From Sulfolobales archaeon (lineage in GTDB: Archaea; Thermoproteota; Thermoprotei_A; Sulfolobales; AG1): a DNA stretch of 64,000 nucleotides. The stretch lies in the NCBI GenBank assembly GCA_038867615.1, contig JAWBYA010000001.1, positions 64,001-128,000 on the forward strand, in the 5' to 3' direction. The notes beneath the pieces are model-generated. The model had not been told where the DNA came from and made no database searches. It saw only the letters and a program-made list of their open reading frames with translations. Every line of letters starts with the position of its first letter. Within the stretch, counting starts at the first letter, position 1. Shown here in pieces: positions 18,375 through 29,123 of this stretch. Made by a program: the position numbers and the translations under genes.

Positions 18375-19247
18375 TTGGGAGGGTTATTGATATTTAGACC
18401 GATTAGGAAACAGGATCTAGAGTATATCTTCCAGTGGTTAGAGCCTAATGATTATCTAAGATCAGGGGTTCTTGAGAGATATGTTGGTGAGGGAAAGGCA
18501 TATACTGTTGAGATCGATGGAAAACCAGTTGCGGTAGGCATAATACATGTTGTCGATAGAGAAGGGGCATGGCTTATGGGTGCTAGGGTTATGAAGGAGC
18601 ATAGGGGGCATGGAGTTGGTAGCTATCTAACCCAGGGTCTCGTTGAAGAGGCTTCTAGATCTAGGCTCAGATGGGTTGCACTACTAACGAGCGTGGATAA
18701 TAAGCCTGTCCATAGGATATGCGAGAAGCTTAGTCTCCAGAAAAGGGCTCTCATATCGTGGATGTATATGGATAGGGATAAAATCTACAGACTCGGTGAG
18801 GGGGGTATCTATATATCAATGCCCAGCATCGATAAAAAGGCTATGGATCATATAAAAAGATCTGTAGGTAATAGCAACCTCATGATCCCAGATAGTGATA
18901 ACATGTGGGTATGGAGACCCCCCAGCGGGGAGGCTATAGAGAGAATGATCCTTGCAGGTGAGAGGATATGCCTCGCCAGAGACGGAGGCTTTGGCTTGGT
19001 AGCCTTGATACGTTCTAGAAAAGATCGAGGGACGATGCAGGCTCTGGTGCTTGAGGCGCAAAAAACTATGGGTAGTGTTAACGATATTGCTGGCTGTATA
19101 GCTTACGAGAGTGCGCAGGATAGGTTTGGAGAGATAGAGCTCGTAATAGTAGAGAGACCGGAGCAGAGGCTGAGTGCTTGGGAATCGATCTATCCACTAG
19201 CTAGGGAGAAGCCATGGCGGGCGTATGTATTTTATAAAGAACTCTGA
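18375..19247 (+). CDS. GNAT-family N-acetyltransferase
   Basis: WLMGARVMKEHRGHGVGS acetyl-CoA-binding motif. Confidence 0.8.
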   Translation: MGGLLIFRPIRKQDLEYIFQWLEPNDYLRSGVLERYVGEGKAYTVEIDGKPVAVGIIHVVDREGAWLMGARVMKEHRGHGVGSYLTQGLVEEASRSRLRWVALLTSVDNKPVHRICEKLSLQKRALISWMYMDRDKIYRLGEGGIYISMPSIDKKAMDHIKRSVGNSNLMIPDSDNMWVWRPPSGEAIERMILAGERICLARDGGFGLVALIRSRKDRGTMQALVLEAQKTMGSVNDIAGCIAYESAQDRFGEIELVIVERPEQRLSAWESIYPLAREKPWRAYVFYKEL

Positions 19248-19344
19248 GTAGTGTAGAGAGCTACATCGGTAGAACAATATGGAGAGTGGAGGTAAACCGC
19301 TTATTACCCCACATGTCGATTTAAATGATAGGGTATAGGTAGCC

Positions 19345-19770
19345 ATGTCCCTCGAGATACCCGTCGAGTGGAGAAAGTTTAGGTATAGGGGTAAAAGTCT
19401 TGAGGAGCTTATGGAAATGCCCATGGATGAGTTGTTGAACCTACTACCAGCTAGGGCTAGGAGGAGTCTTAAGAGAGGCTTTACGGAGCCTCAGAAAAAG
19501 CTTGTTGAGAAGATAATGAAGGCTAGGAGGCTTGCTGAGGCTGGCAAGAAGATTGTTATAAAAACACATGTAAGAGATCTAGTGATCCTTCCATATATGG
19601 TGGGACTCACCTTCGCAGTGTATAATGGTAAGGAGTATGTCACGTTCACAGTAACCCCGGAGATGATAGGACACTATCTAGGCGAGTATTCTATAACAAC
19701 TAAGAAGGTTGAGCATGGAGAGCCAGGGTTAAAGGCTACGAGGAGCAGCCTCTTCGTTGCTATGAAATGA
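19345..19770 (+). CDS. rps19p: 30S ribosomal protein S19 (uS19)
   Basis: [31 protein letters not shown] and HGEPG. Confidence 0.97.
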   Translation: MSLEIPVEWRKFRYRGKSLEELMEMPMDELLNLLPARARRSLKRGFTEPQKKLVEKIMKARRLAEAGKKIVIKTHVRDLVILPYMVGLTFAVYNGKEYVTFTVTPEMIGHYLGEYSITTKKVEHGEPGLKATRSSLFVAMK

Positions 19771-19773
19771 TCC

Positions 19774-20688
19774 TCAGTATTTTAACGCTATATACCCCTG
19801 CGCCGTATCAACCCACCTTATATCTTTAAACCCCGCCGCTGCGAGCCTTTCCTTTACACCCTTGAGATAGCTTATATTTGAATGTCTCCCAGGCTCGCCT
19901 GTGTAGTGGAATAGAGAGCCCGGGCTTTTAAGAACACGATATAGTTCTTTATAGAACTCCAGGCTATAGAGATCCTCAGCAATATTGATCCTCGGGGGGT
20001 CGTGGAGGATCTTGTGGAAACACTGGTCACATAGATCCCTTATGATCTCGACAGCGTCTCCAAGGATCAGTTTGATTCTCTCGTCGCCAAGCATTCTTGA
20101 CCATGGATTCATCCTTGCTAGGTAGAGAACATTTGGATCTTTCTCTATAGACACCACCATCGAGGCCCCCAGCCTCAGTAGATTCGATGATGTGTAGCCC
20201 AGACCGCTTCCTATTTCAAGCACTCTTAACCCCTTAACCCTTCCAAGGGTTTTGGTCTTGTTATAGGCATCTCTCCAGGGATCTATGTTGATTGTTCTGT
20301 GCATCTGGATACCATTGATCTCGATGGTTGGTGCTGTACTGATCGATGTTGGTTTTAGTTTATAGTAATTACCATCTCTAAACATATCCAGCCTATACAG
20401 CTTCCCCTCGATTATCTTGTATAAAAAACCCTCTCTGATCTCTTCATCAAGCCCTCTAATCGATGCTACATACCCCTCTATATAGACATCATAGCCCTTC
20501 AGCTCAACACGGGTCGAGGTAAAACCTAGATCTAGTGTCGTGTCTAAAAAACCCTGGCCCTTATTAATAGCATCTTTAAAGAGCTCTACATGCTGCCTTA
20601 TAATTATAGGGCCTTCTATATACTCATATTCATATATATTGAGCCTGGCCAGTATGTTCTGAAGCTCCCCACTAGATCTTATCTTCAT
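19774..20688 (-). CDS. SAM-dependent methyltransferase (COG2521-like, archaeal)
   Basis: PTIEINGIQMHR, VLEIGSGLGY, NPWS, HDPPR and FHYTGEPG. Confidence 0.8.
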   Translation of the reverse strand: MKIRSSGELQNILARLNIYEYEYIEGPIIIRQHVELFKDAINKGQGFLDTTLDLGFTSTRVELKGYDVYIEGYVASIRGLDEEIREGFLYKIIEGKLYRLDMFRDGNYYKLKPTSISTAPTIEINGIQMHRTINIDPWRDAYNKTKTLGRVKGLRVLEIGSGLGYTSSNLLRLGASMVVSIEKDPNVLYLARMNPWSRMLGDERIKLILGDAVEIIRDLCDQCFHKILHDPPRINIAEDLYSLEFYKELYRVLKSPGSLFHYTGEPGRHSNISYLKGVKERLAAAGFKDIRWVDTAQGYIALKY

Positions 20689-21754
20689 ATTTCCGCACTC
20701 CTTCGAAGACCCAGCCTAGATCTACGCCCTTCCTCTCAAGCCCGGCTTCCTTGATCGCTGCGGCTATTATTGGGAGGGCTATTGTTGCATCAACATTAAC
20801 CATCGCCGAACTAACCGGCTCCACCTTACCCCAGCTCACGGCCTCTTCCAACGTTGCCCCGCTTAGCCCGCCCCACTGGGGTAGATCTGTGGTTATCTTT
20901 ACAGCATATTTATGCGGTTTAGATACGTCGACGCCCTGTCTTTTCTCCTCTAGTAGGGCTTTCGCCACTGCTACGAGCTGTGTAGTGTCTGTAGGTACTC
21001 CTCCCCCTATGTATATAACCCCTGTCTCTTTGGATCTCATGGCTATCTCGACCATTTGCTCGAAGTCCTTAAACTGGTCTATATAGACTCTTTTTCCAAA
21101 CTCTCTGAGGGCTTGTATATAGGCTATCCCATAGCCTGAATCAACTATAGCTGGTACAAATATGGGTACCCTGGATTTATAGGCGGAGGTAGCGATAGAT
21201 CTAATACCAAGCCTTGATAGCCTCGCACCAAGTAGGTAGAGAAACTCTGCTGAGGAGAAAACATAGTCAGAAGGAAGATCCCTGATAAAGTCCCTTAAAA
21301 GCCTCTCCATCTCTCTGTATAGATACTCATCAGCATATACATCGTAAAACCTATCTATCCTATATTTAAGCAGGATCGTGTCATCGACACAGGGAGAACC
21401 CCTACCATAGGGGAAACCCATACCGGCATAGATATCCTCTGATACATTAGCTCCTGTAGATACGAGCACATCTATATACCTCTTCTCGATCATCCAGCTA
21501 ACAATACCCCACATACCTGCTGTAGCCATAGATCCGGCAAGACCCATATAGATCGTAACATCAGGATCGCGAATCATTGCTGTGATGATCTTAAACACTT
21601 CTCCAAGCTTCCTACCCTGGTACGCTGTCTCGCTCATAGCCTCGAGTATAGATCCTAGGCTCTTGAGCTCTTCGGGATTGATTACCCTCACCTTATCCTT
21701 AAAAAACAGATCACGATCGATCTCAGCACCGCCCGCGCCCAATAGTCTCACCAA
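20672..21754 (-). CDS. dys: Deoxyhypusine synthase family protein
   Basis: IDVLVSTGAN, PAIVDS, GGLSGATLEEAVSWGK (catalytic Lys) and DATIALP. Confidence 0.88.
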   Translation of the reverse strand: MVRLLGAGGAEIDRDLFFKDKVRVINPEELKSLGSILEAMSETAYQGRKLGEVFKIITAMIRDPDVTIYMGLAGSMATAGMWGIVSWMIEKRYIDVLVSTGANVSEDIYAGMGFPYGRGSPCVDDTILLKYRIDRFYDVYADEYLYREMERLLRDFIRDLPSDYVFSSAEFLYLLGARLSRLGIRSIATSAYKSRVPIFVPAIVDSGYGIAYIQALREFGKRVYIDQFKDFEQMVEIAMRSKETGVIYIGGGVPTDTTQLVAVAKALLEEKRQGVDVSKPHKYAVKITTDLPQWGGLSGATLEEAVSWGKVEPVSSAMVNVDATIALPIIAAAIKEAGLERKGVDLGWVFEGVRKYEDKI

Positions 21755-22018
21755 TATTCCCTAATAACTAGAAACTATATAGGGTTAGGGTCATGGGTGT
21801 CCCCGCTAACACTATATATCTACTTACTCAAGTAGTTTGAAAAACTCTTCAAATGCTATTATCGTCTCCTACCAAAGATGGATGTTGGGAGAGATCTGGG
21901 CATGTTGTTATAAAGCTAGTGTGTAGGTCGATGTTATAATGATATAGACCCTCGCGAAATCAGGGTCATGACTGCTGGTTCGCGGAACAGTGGGATCTAA
22001 GTTCTTTTTGCTGTCTTG

Positions 22019-23980
22019 CTATTCTTCGAGGTTATCAGATCTATTGCTAGGCTTTATTCTCCCAAGATCTGTGATGATCCTGGATCTCCCCGGGATCCTT
22101 TTCACCAGCTCCTCCAGATCTATGGCGTCGATCACCTCTGCTCTTACGCTCCCGCTTTTTAGCCATATTGTTTTCAACCTATCAGCTATCTCTCTCCTAT
22201 CCCGATCCCCGGGGGCTAGAACGCTCCATGAAGCGGCTCTTTTGGAAACAAGCTCGGGAGGCCCTACTATGATCCTTGGTATATCGTGTTCTAGGATCTC
22301 GATACCTATACCTAGTAGTAGGGGTACGTTTCTGATCCAGCCTCTCTCGCCATAGATCATGAAAGCACCTTTCCCCAAGTACTCCCCTGGTGGTGGTGAC
22401 TTACTAACTTGGGATCCTTTTGCATAGAAGACGTCTATGGCGCCATAGCCTGCTGTCCATGCCCTGCTATAGCATGCTGCTAGGGTTGCTGCTTCCTGGA
22501 TTGATTTTTCACTATACTCCCTATCTACTAGGAGGATTACTGCGGAGCCTCCCTGTATGTTGGCGTGTATGAATATGTCGTTCTCTCTGAGGTATTTTCT
22601 AACTATCTTCTCGTTCTGATCAGCGTTCATACCGCCTATAGCTAGGAGGCCTTCTGATGTGATTAGCCAATGGTATCTCTCATACCACTCCTGCCTCATG
22701 AGACTCCGGATCATTCTTACTGCTTTGTCTCTCTCCCTCTCAGCCAGGATCTTTTTGATCTCTTCTTCGAGTCTTGCTATCTCGCTAGAGCCTCTCGAGA
22801 TCCTTTTCTCAAGATCAGAGATTCTCTTCCTAAGCTCGATATAGTTCTCCATAAACGACAACCTAGGGTTTAACGGGTACCTCACACTATCAAGCACGAT
22901 CTCCACAGTGTTATTCTTAACCCTAGCCATAACTCCCGTCTCTCCGGTGCAATCAGTGATCTTTCTTTTGGCACATTCGAAGAGCTCCTCAAGCTGTTGA
23001 TAATTGGCATCCACGTATTCAAGCACTTTTCTAAGTATTGATAGCTCTTCTTCAGCGCTGCTGATCTGGTTTCTAAGCTTCTCTATACTCTTCTCAATCC
23101 TGATCACCTCGGCTGGTTTCTCCTCAACTCTATATGCATCCACATATGCGTAGAACACATCTATAGCCTCGTTAAAGCTAGCTGTTCTTCTAAACACATA
23201 GCCCCTTGCTACGAGGCTTTTGGGTTCGTATGGGTAGAAGCCATGCGGTTTTTCCGAAGCATCTATAACGATCCCAGGTTCTGGGTTTGTGGTGATCCTT
23301 TCTGTAAGACTCCTAACCTCATCTAGGATCTTCTCGACCTCGTTATCGGCAAGGCTTGATGGTTTTATATTTTTGTCAAGACCAAGTCTATAGAGAGTCT
23401 CTTCAGCGATATCTGGAGGGACTCCGGCTCCTATAATAAGACCTCTTGCAAGGTCATACCCCTTCTTAACGTTTGGAACAAGGCTTCGAGGGTCAGAATT
23501 GCATATTGAAACTTGTGTGGGTGGGTAGGAGTATTTCGCACCAATCCTTATGACCCGATCCTTCATGGTGGCTGTGGTGTTGGAGAACCTGATAATACCA
23601 TCAAGATCTACTATGGAGACCACACCTCTAGGGATCAGCTCAACGATAACTCTATATTCGTTAGCACCAACAACCTTTATCTCAGCAATCCTGTCGCATG
23701 GTTTTTGGTATATATCGATCATCCTTGACTCCCTTAGATATCTCCTAAAACCCATTACTATCGAGCCGGGTTCTCCATGTCCTATAAGGCCTGTTCTTCT
23801 TGTTATATAGATGCTCTCTCCGGCTGTTATTGATAGGTAAAAAGGCTCTCCACCTCCTCTGATCTTTAGCGTGAGCCTGTTGCTCTCTCCATAGATGTTA
23901 TCAATATAGCTCCCTACAACAGCCTCCCTATTCTCTTTGATCCATGCTGCAAGATCTAGCCAGCTCATCCCCTTCTTCAT
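22019..23980 (-). CDS. rqcH: Ribosome rescue protein RqcH (NFACT family)
   Basis: MSWLDL start, DRI, coiled coil, WYERYHW, NEKIVRKY, FIHANIQG and QVSKSPPPGEYLGKGAFMIYG. Confidence 0.92.
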   Translation of the reverse strand: MKKGMSWLDLAAWIKENREAVVGSYIDNIYGESNRLTLKIRGGGEPFYLSITAGESIYITRRTGLIGHGEPGSIVMGFRRYLRESRMIDIYQKPCDRIAEIKVVGANEYRVIVELIPRGVVSIVDLDGIIRFSNTTATMKDRVIRIGAKYSYPPTQVSICNSDPRSLVPNVKKGYDLARGLIIGAGVPPDIAEETLYRLGLDKNIKPSSLADNEVEKILDEVRSLTERITTNPEPGIVIDASEKPHGFYPYEPKSLVARGYVFRRTASFNEAIDVFYAYVDAYRVEEKPAEVIRIEKSIEKLRNQISSAEEELSILRKVLEYVDANYQQLEELFECAKRKITDCTGETGVMARVKNNTVEIVLDSVRYPLNPRLSFMENYIELRKRISDLEKRISRGSSEIARLEEEIKKILAERERDKAVRMIRSLMRQEWYERYHWLITSEGLLAIGGMNADQNEKIVRKYLRENDIFIHANIQGGSAVILLVDREYSEKSIQEAATLAACYSRAWTAGYGAIDVFYAKGSQVSKSPPPGEYLGKGAFMIYGERGWIRNVPLLLGIGIEILEHDIPRIIVGPPELVSKRAASWSVLAPGDRDRREIADRLKTIWLKSGSVRAEVIDAIDLEELVKRIPGRSRIITDLGRIKPSNRSDNLEE

Positions 23981-24089
23981 TCTATCCCAGATAATAGATC
24001 TCTAAGTAGTATTAGGTGTTTACGCATATTTATTATGTGGCGAGAGATCGAAGTTTTAACCATGGTATGGTGATAAATATGGTGGCCTT

Positions 24090-24374
24090 ATGTCGCTGAT
24101 GAGCGAGAGGGTTGGTTTCTACAGGCTATTCATATTAAGGCTTGTTGCAGGGCTTGGCAGTGGTCTCTCGTTCTCGATATATAAATCGTTGTACCCAGGC
24201 CCTGATCATCTCTGGATAGCTCTTGAGAGCTTCGTGTTCCTATTAATAGGATTAGGTGTCTTTCAAGCACTATATATGGTGATCGTGAGACCCTCCAGAA
24301 AGGATTCCATTAGATTTATACTAACACAAATAGCTGCCCACTACATAGGATCCATGATCCTGATTCCTGGGTAG
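24090..24374 (+). CDS. Small membrane protein
   Basis: 94 aa with about 3 hydrophobic segments. Confidence 0.5.
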   Translation: MSLMSERVGFYRLFILRLVAGLGSGLSFSIYKSLYPGPDHLWIALESFVFLLIGLGVFQALYMVIVRPSRKDSIRFILTQIAAHYIGSMILIPG

Positions 24375-24445
24375 TTGGTTGTGTTCGACAGCAAACAACG
24401 GCATTTATGAAAACCGATACAGCTTGACACGATGTGTTTTGAAAC

Positions 24446-24907
24446 CTATCTATACCTTCTACCCTTCTGGACTCCTAGGTCTGCTTCAGCCAATAGCGTT
24501 GCTAGCTTGTTCTTAACCTCTGGGAGTTTTGATTTGAGATTCTCTATAAACTCCTGCTCGATGCTAACCTGGGCTAGGAACTCTTTGCCTTGGCTTGTTA
24601 CTGATAGCTTCTTATTCTGTCCACTTTCGAGCAGACCTACGTATAGCATTGCTATTACATCCTCTCTAAGATCTTTTGACGTAGGTATCCCAGCTATTTC
24701 TACGAAACTGTATCCGAGATCCATGCCTGTTGATTGAAGCTCTCTGATTATATATGCGAGAGCCTTCTCGGTAACCCCGCCTAGCTCTGATATGAGGAAC
24801 AGTGTTTTTAAGGCTCTCTTGTTACTCTTGAGATGATCGAGTGCTATGACGGGTTTTGTTACTATTTTGAGCTCCTTGCTCTTTGTCTGCTGAGACATCA
24901 TATGCAC
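24446..24907 (-). CDS. Hypothetical protein, probable winged helix
   Basis: 153 aa; PTSKDLREDV..M..VGLLE...LSVTSQGKEFL resembles a wHTH wing; divergent from the MoxR-vWA pair. Confidence 0.65.
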   Translation of the reverse strand: MHMMSQQTKSKELKIVTKPVIALDHLKSNKRALKTLFLISELGGVTEKALAYIIRELQSTGMDLGYSFVEIAGIPTSKDLREDVIAMLYVGLLESGQNKKLSVTSQGKEFLAQVSIEQEFIENLKSKLPEVKNKLATLLAEADLGVQKGRRYR

Positions 24908-25190
24908 CGAGTCATATTTACTCTAGGGGTAAAATAACCTATGATCCTATATAGGATCTATACGATCTTGGTAGTGTGTAGTGAGAAAATCTCGAGCTCC
25001 ATATCCCCCAGAGAGATAGCTTAAGCGATGATTATTGATAATTATATATGTTAAAGAAGCCTTGCAATGGGATCACATGGTGCATAGTTGTCATTCTATA
25101 GCTACATACGGATACATAGTAAGGTGCAAGGCTTCTTCAACATAGGATATTAGCCCGGATTGCAGATAACTTGATTAAGGGGTAATCAAA

Positions 25191-26393
25191 ATCTCAAAGT
25201 TCAGTGAGCTGGCGGATAAGATAAACAGATTCAACAGAGAGCTTGTCAAGCCATTCGTGGGTAGGGATGAGGAGGCAAAAGTAGTAACGCTAGCCCTTAT
25301 GATCAAAGAACACGCTGTACTAATAGGAGAACCCGGGACTGCTAAGAGTGCTCTGATAAGGAGGGCTGCTGCTCTATTGAATGCTAGGTATTTCTCATAT
25401 CTCTTGACAAAGTTTACAGAGCCCGACGAGATCTTTGGCCCTGTTGATATAAAGGCGTTTATAGATGAGAAGAGGTTTAGAAGGGTTACTGCGAGAACGC
25501 TGCTCGATGCTGAGATAGCATTTCTAGATGAGATCTTTAAGGCGAGTTCGAGTATTCTTAACAGTATATTGTCGATAATAAACGAGAGGATCTATTATGA
25601 GGCTGGTGTTGCTATCAAGGTCCCCTTATGGAGTCTCTTCGCGGCTACCAACGAGATACCAGACGATCCTGAGTTGGCGGCTATATATGATAGGATGTTG
25701 CTGAGGCACCATGTTAGGCCTGTGACAGACGATCTGTGGAAAGATCTGTTAAACCAGGAGTGGATTAACGAGATGAAGGAAGACGTAGTCGATGTAGAGC
25801 CTGTGCTCTCCATGCAGGATCTAAGGGATTTGAGGGAGGAGATTTTCAAGGTAGATCTTGAGGGGATTAAGCCAAAGCTTATAAAACTACTGGCGATATT
25901 GGAATCGAAGGGTATACATCTAACCGACAGGAGGAAGGGCAAGACCCTGAAGGTTATAGCTGCCAACGCTATCCTTAATAACAGGATGAAAGCGCAGGAA
26001 GAGGATCTATTGGTTCTTAAATACACAGCCCCGAGGGATATAGATGAGTTTGAGAAGGTTAACGTGATACTCCACGAAGAGCTCAAGACGCCATATATGT
26101 ATCTGAGGGAGCTTGAGGATATAGAGAGGAATGTTAAGGAGCTCATAAACTATGTAAGCAGTTTTAACCAGAGTTATGGGTATGTAGAGCCATTCGCGCC
26201 CGGAGCCCGTGCAACGATATCTAGGTTCTATGAGGAGAGGCTTAACGAGATCTACAGGGATCTTGAGGCTCTCAAGGAGAGGGTATCCTCTATCATTATA
26301 GAGAGCGGTGATAAGAACGTAGAGGCTGCTGGGAAGCGGGTGCTTGAACTTATAAGCAGTGCTATGGAAAAGATAAGGAGAAGGATAGAGTAA
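25191..26393 (+). CDS. MoxR/RavA-family AAA+ ATPase (start inferred upstream of the track's 25257)
   Basis: GEPGTAKS, FTEPDEIFGP, FLDEIFKAS, ATNE, YDRM and TDRR. Confidence 0.9.
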   Translation: MSKFSELADKINRFNRELVKPFVGRDEEAKVVTLALMIKEHAVLIGEPGTAKSALIRRAAALLNARYFSYLLTKFTEPDEIFGPVDIKAFIDEKRFRRVTARTLLDAEIAFLDEIFKASSSILNSILSIINERIYYEAGVAIKVPLWSLFAATNEIPDDPELAAIYDRMLLRHHVRPVTDDLWKDLLNQEWINEMKEDVVDVEPVLSMQDLRDLREEIFKVDLEGIKPKLIKLLAILESKGIHLTDRRKGKTLKVIAANAILNNRMKAQEEDLLVLKYTAPRDIDEFEKVNVILHEELKTPYMYLRELEDIERNVKELINYVSSFNQSYGYVEPFAPGARATISRFYEERLNEIYRDLEALKERVSSIIIESGDKNVEAAGKRVLELISSAMEKIRRRIE

Positions 26394-26403
26394 GGATGAT
26401 ATA

Positions 26404-27741
26404 ATGACAGGGATTCTGGCTGGGGTAAGATATGATGATCCTCTTGCAAGATATAGAGGAGAAAAACTGGTTGAGATCGTTAAAAAGCTGTCGAGAGTAA
26501 GGAATAAGGATATAGATACAGATCTAGGTATAGATATCTTCTATCTCTTCTACCTCCCATTCCCATTACCTGTACCGCCAAAGGATCAGAGGGATAGGAT
26601 TACCCAGCTTAGATACCTAGTGGCTAGAGGGATACTGGGCAATGCTGAGGCCAGGAAGATCAGGTATTACACGATAGCCCATAGCGGTAGATCCATTATC
26701 GTTGGGGCAAGCTTCCTAGAACACCTATTACAAGAGCTAAGCCCCCAGTCAGGAGGCGAGGGGGGAGAGGGTGGGCAGAAGAACCAGGGCGAGGATCAAG
26801 GACAAACTGGCGGTGAGAATGATAATGAGAGGAATAGCAATAATATTCAGAATGCCGTTAGAAATGCCATTAGAAGGGTTATGAACGAGGTTGATAGTCT
26901 ATCGAAGCTAGAGCAGATGGCAATGGGTACCCAGGCTGGTTCAGGCTCGATGCTCGAGATGATCGAGAACTCAAGCGATATAATCAGGCTTGCTAGAAAC
27001 ACCGACGTCCAGAGGCTCCTCGATAGCCTGAGCTTCATAGAGGAGATAACGTTCAAGATGAGGAAGAAGATGATCAAGTCATCGAGGGGAGAGGTTATAG
27101 GCTATTCAAGGGGAAGCCAGCTAACCAGGATCTCGAGGACAGAGCTAGCATTATTCGAAACCAGAGAGGCTGAGCAGGTTCTTCTATACAAGTGGGCAAC
27201 AGGAAAGCTGATCCTGTATGAAAAGGTGGTTAGACAGGATGTTGGGCCTCTATACGTGCTGCTCGACAAGTCAGGATCTATGGATGGTGAGAAGATAAGA
27301 TGGGCGAAAGCCACAGCTATAGCGCTTTTCATGAGATCTAGGAGGGAGGGGAGGCCTTTCCTCATAAGGTTCTTTGACTCAGCACCATATAATCTTATAA
27401 AGGTCTCTAGATCCGGCAAGTCGGGCGAGACGCTGAGGCTGATGGACTACCTAGCAAGGATAAAGAGTGGTGGAGGGACGGATATAACTAGATCTATTAT
27501 AACGGCGTGCCAAGATGTTGCGGAGCTTAAGATGAGGGGTTTGGGGGAGCTTATATTGATAACCGATGGTGAGGATAGGCTTGCGGAGAACATGGTTAGG
27601 AAGCATCTGAGGGAGAATAATGTTAGACTTATAACCGTTATGGTGATGGGGGAGAACCCTGATCTTAGGAAGATCAGTTCGAAGTACTTTAAAGTAGTCA
27701 GGCTGAGTAATAAAGAGATGCTCGAGGTCTTGGAACTCTAG
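26404..27741 (+). CDS. vWA-domain protein (ViaA-like partner of the MoxR ATPase)
   Basis: MIDAS motif LLDKSGSM, GGGTDI and LITDGE. Confidence 0.9.
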   Translation: MTGILAGVRYDDPLARYRGEKLVEIVKKLSRVRNKDIDTDLGIDIFYLFYLPFPLPVPPKDQRDRITQLRYLVARGILGNAEARKIRYYTIAHSGRSIIVGASFLEHLLQELSPQSGGEGGEGGQKNQGEDQGQTGGENDNERNSNNIQNAVRNAIRRVMNEVDSLSKLEQMAMGTQAGSGSMLEMIENSSDIIRLARNTDVQRLLDSLSFIEEITFKMRKKMIKSSRGEVIGYSRGSQLTRISRTELALFETREAEQVLLYKWATGKLILYEKVVRQDVGPLYVLLDKSGSMDGEKIRWAKATAIALFMRSRREGRPFLIRFFDSAPYNLIKVSRSGKSGETLRLMDYLARIKSGGGTDITRSIITACQDVAELKMRGLGELILITDGEDRLAENMVRKHLRENNVRLITVMVMGENPDLRKISSKYFKVVRLSNKEMLEVLEL

Positions 27742-28013
27742 CATGTCTGGTTAAAAAGTAAAAACACATTCTAGACTTCATAGTTCTTAATGGGTTTGCG
27801 TTGTTTTCATCTATTATCTTGCTAAGAGTTTAGGGAGACCCTGGCTCTCCATTGATAGTTCTAGTAGCGAGGGTTTTTCTCGCGTATCTCCATACGATAT
27901 TTTATTAGCTCACTCGATGGGGCAGTCTATTCTGGGGCTGTTAACCATGGTGATCTTGTCCATGTAGCCACGTTATAAAATATAGTTTTCGGATATTATT
28001 TTCTTGGAGAGCC

Positions 28014-29123
28014 TTGGAGGAGTTATTGAAAGAGCTTGAGAGGAGGACTGCTAATGCGATAGCCTTGATGAGAAAGAGTGGTGTTGAATATATAGCCTTA
28101 ACCCCGTCGCCGAATTTCAGATATCTCACGGGGTTCTTTGAGGAGGGATATGAGAGACTAATACTATTTATACTGACAGTTAATAATGATAGGGTATTGC
28201 TAGCCCCCAAGCTTGCTAATATACCGAGCTGGTTTAACAGGTATTCCGATATAGTGCTATGGGGCGATGAGGACAACGTTGGAAGCATTGTGGATAAGGT
28301 GGCGAGGAGGCTGAGGATCTATGGTAAGAAGGGGGCTTTTGAGGATACTATGAGTCTGAGAACATATGAGTTGTTGAAAGAAGAGCTATCACCTTCAGGC
28401 ACGGTGCTTGTGTCAACAATATTGAGAGAGCTTAGAATTAGGAAGTCCCTCTATGAGATAAACATAATCTCAAGAGCCGTGAAGATTGCTGAGAATATTT
28501 TTTCAGAACTCTACAGGATCCTAAGCCCTGGGCTTTCTGAAAGGTTTGTTGCTAGCCAGATATCAAGCTTGATTGCTTCTGAAGGTTATGCAGAAGCCTT
28601 CAACGCCATAGTGGCGTTTGGCGAGAACACGGCTAATCCACACCATATTCCTGGATCCAAGGTTCTTTCATACGGGGATCTTGTGCTAGTAGATCTAGGG
28701 ATTGTGGTTGATGGATACGTATCGGATCTCACGAGGATCTATTCGCTAGGACCAGTACCCAAAAATGTGGAGGATAGCTTTACAGCTCTGATCTCGTGTT
28801 TCAATGAAGCGATATCGATCATATCGCCAGGGGTTAGAGCTGCTGAGGTTGATCTACGGGTTAGAAGCTGCCTCACGGATTATGGATTGGGTGGAAATAT
28901 ACTTCACAGAACGGGTCACGGCATAGGCTTAGAGATCCACGAACCACCGTATCTCTCGATAACATCCACCGATGTGCTTGATAGAGGTAATGTTTTCACC
29001 GTAGAGCCGGGGGTCTATTTTAGGGGCAACTACGGGCTCAGGATCGAGAGCGATATAGCTATACTGGATAATGGCGATACAATTATACTTGATAAGAGTT
29101 CAAAGGATATAATAAGGCTATGA
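28014..29123 (+). CDS. Xaa-Pro peptidase (M24 family)
   Basis: NFRYLTG, PHH, DLG..YVSDLTR, HRTGHGIGLEIHE, TVEPGVY and RIESD. Confidence 0.93.
   Translation: MEELLKELERRTANAIALMRKSGVEYIALTPSPNFRYLTGFFEEGYERLILFILTVNNDRVLLAPKLANIPSWFNRYSDIVLWGDEDNVGSIVDKVARRLRIYGKKGAFEDTMSLRTYELLKEELSPSGTVLVSTILRELRIRKSLYEINIISRAVKIAENIFSELYRILSPGLSERFVASQISSLIASEGYAEAFNAIVAFGENTANPHHIPGSKVLSYGDLVLVDLGIVVDGYVSDLTRIYSLGPVPKNVEDSFTALISCFNEAISIISPGVRAAEVDLRVRSCLTDYGLGGNILHRTGHGIGLEIHEPPYLSITSTDVLDRGNVFTVEPGVYFRGNYGLRIESDIAILDNGDTIILDKSSKDIIRL

Noticed and set aside
25191-27741. MoxR-vWA pair as a novel system
   Set aside because: Well-known RavA/ViaA-type chaperone pairing.
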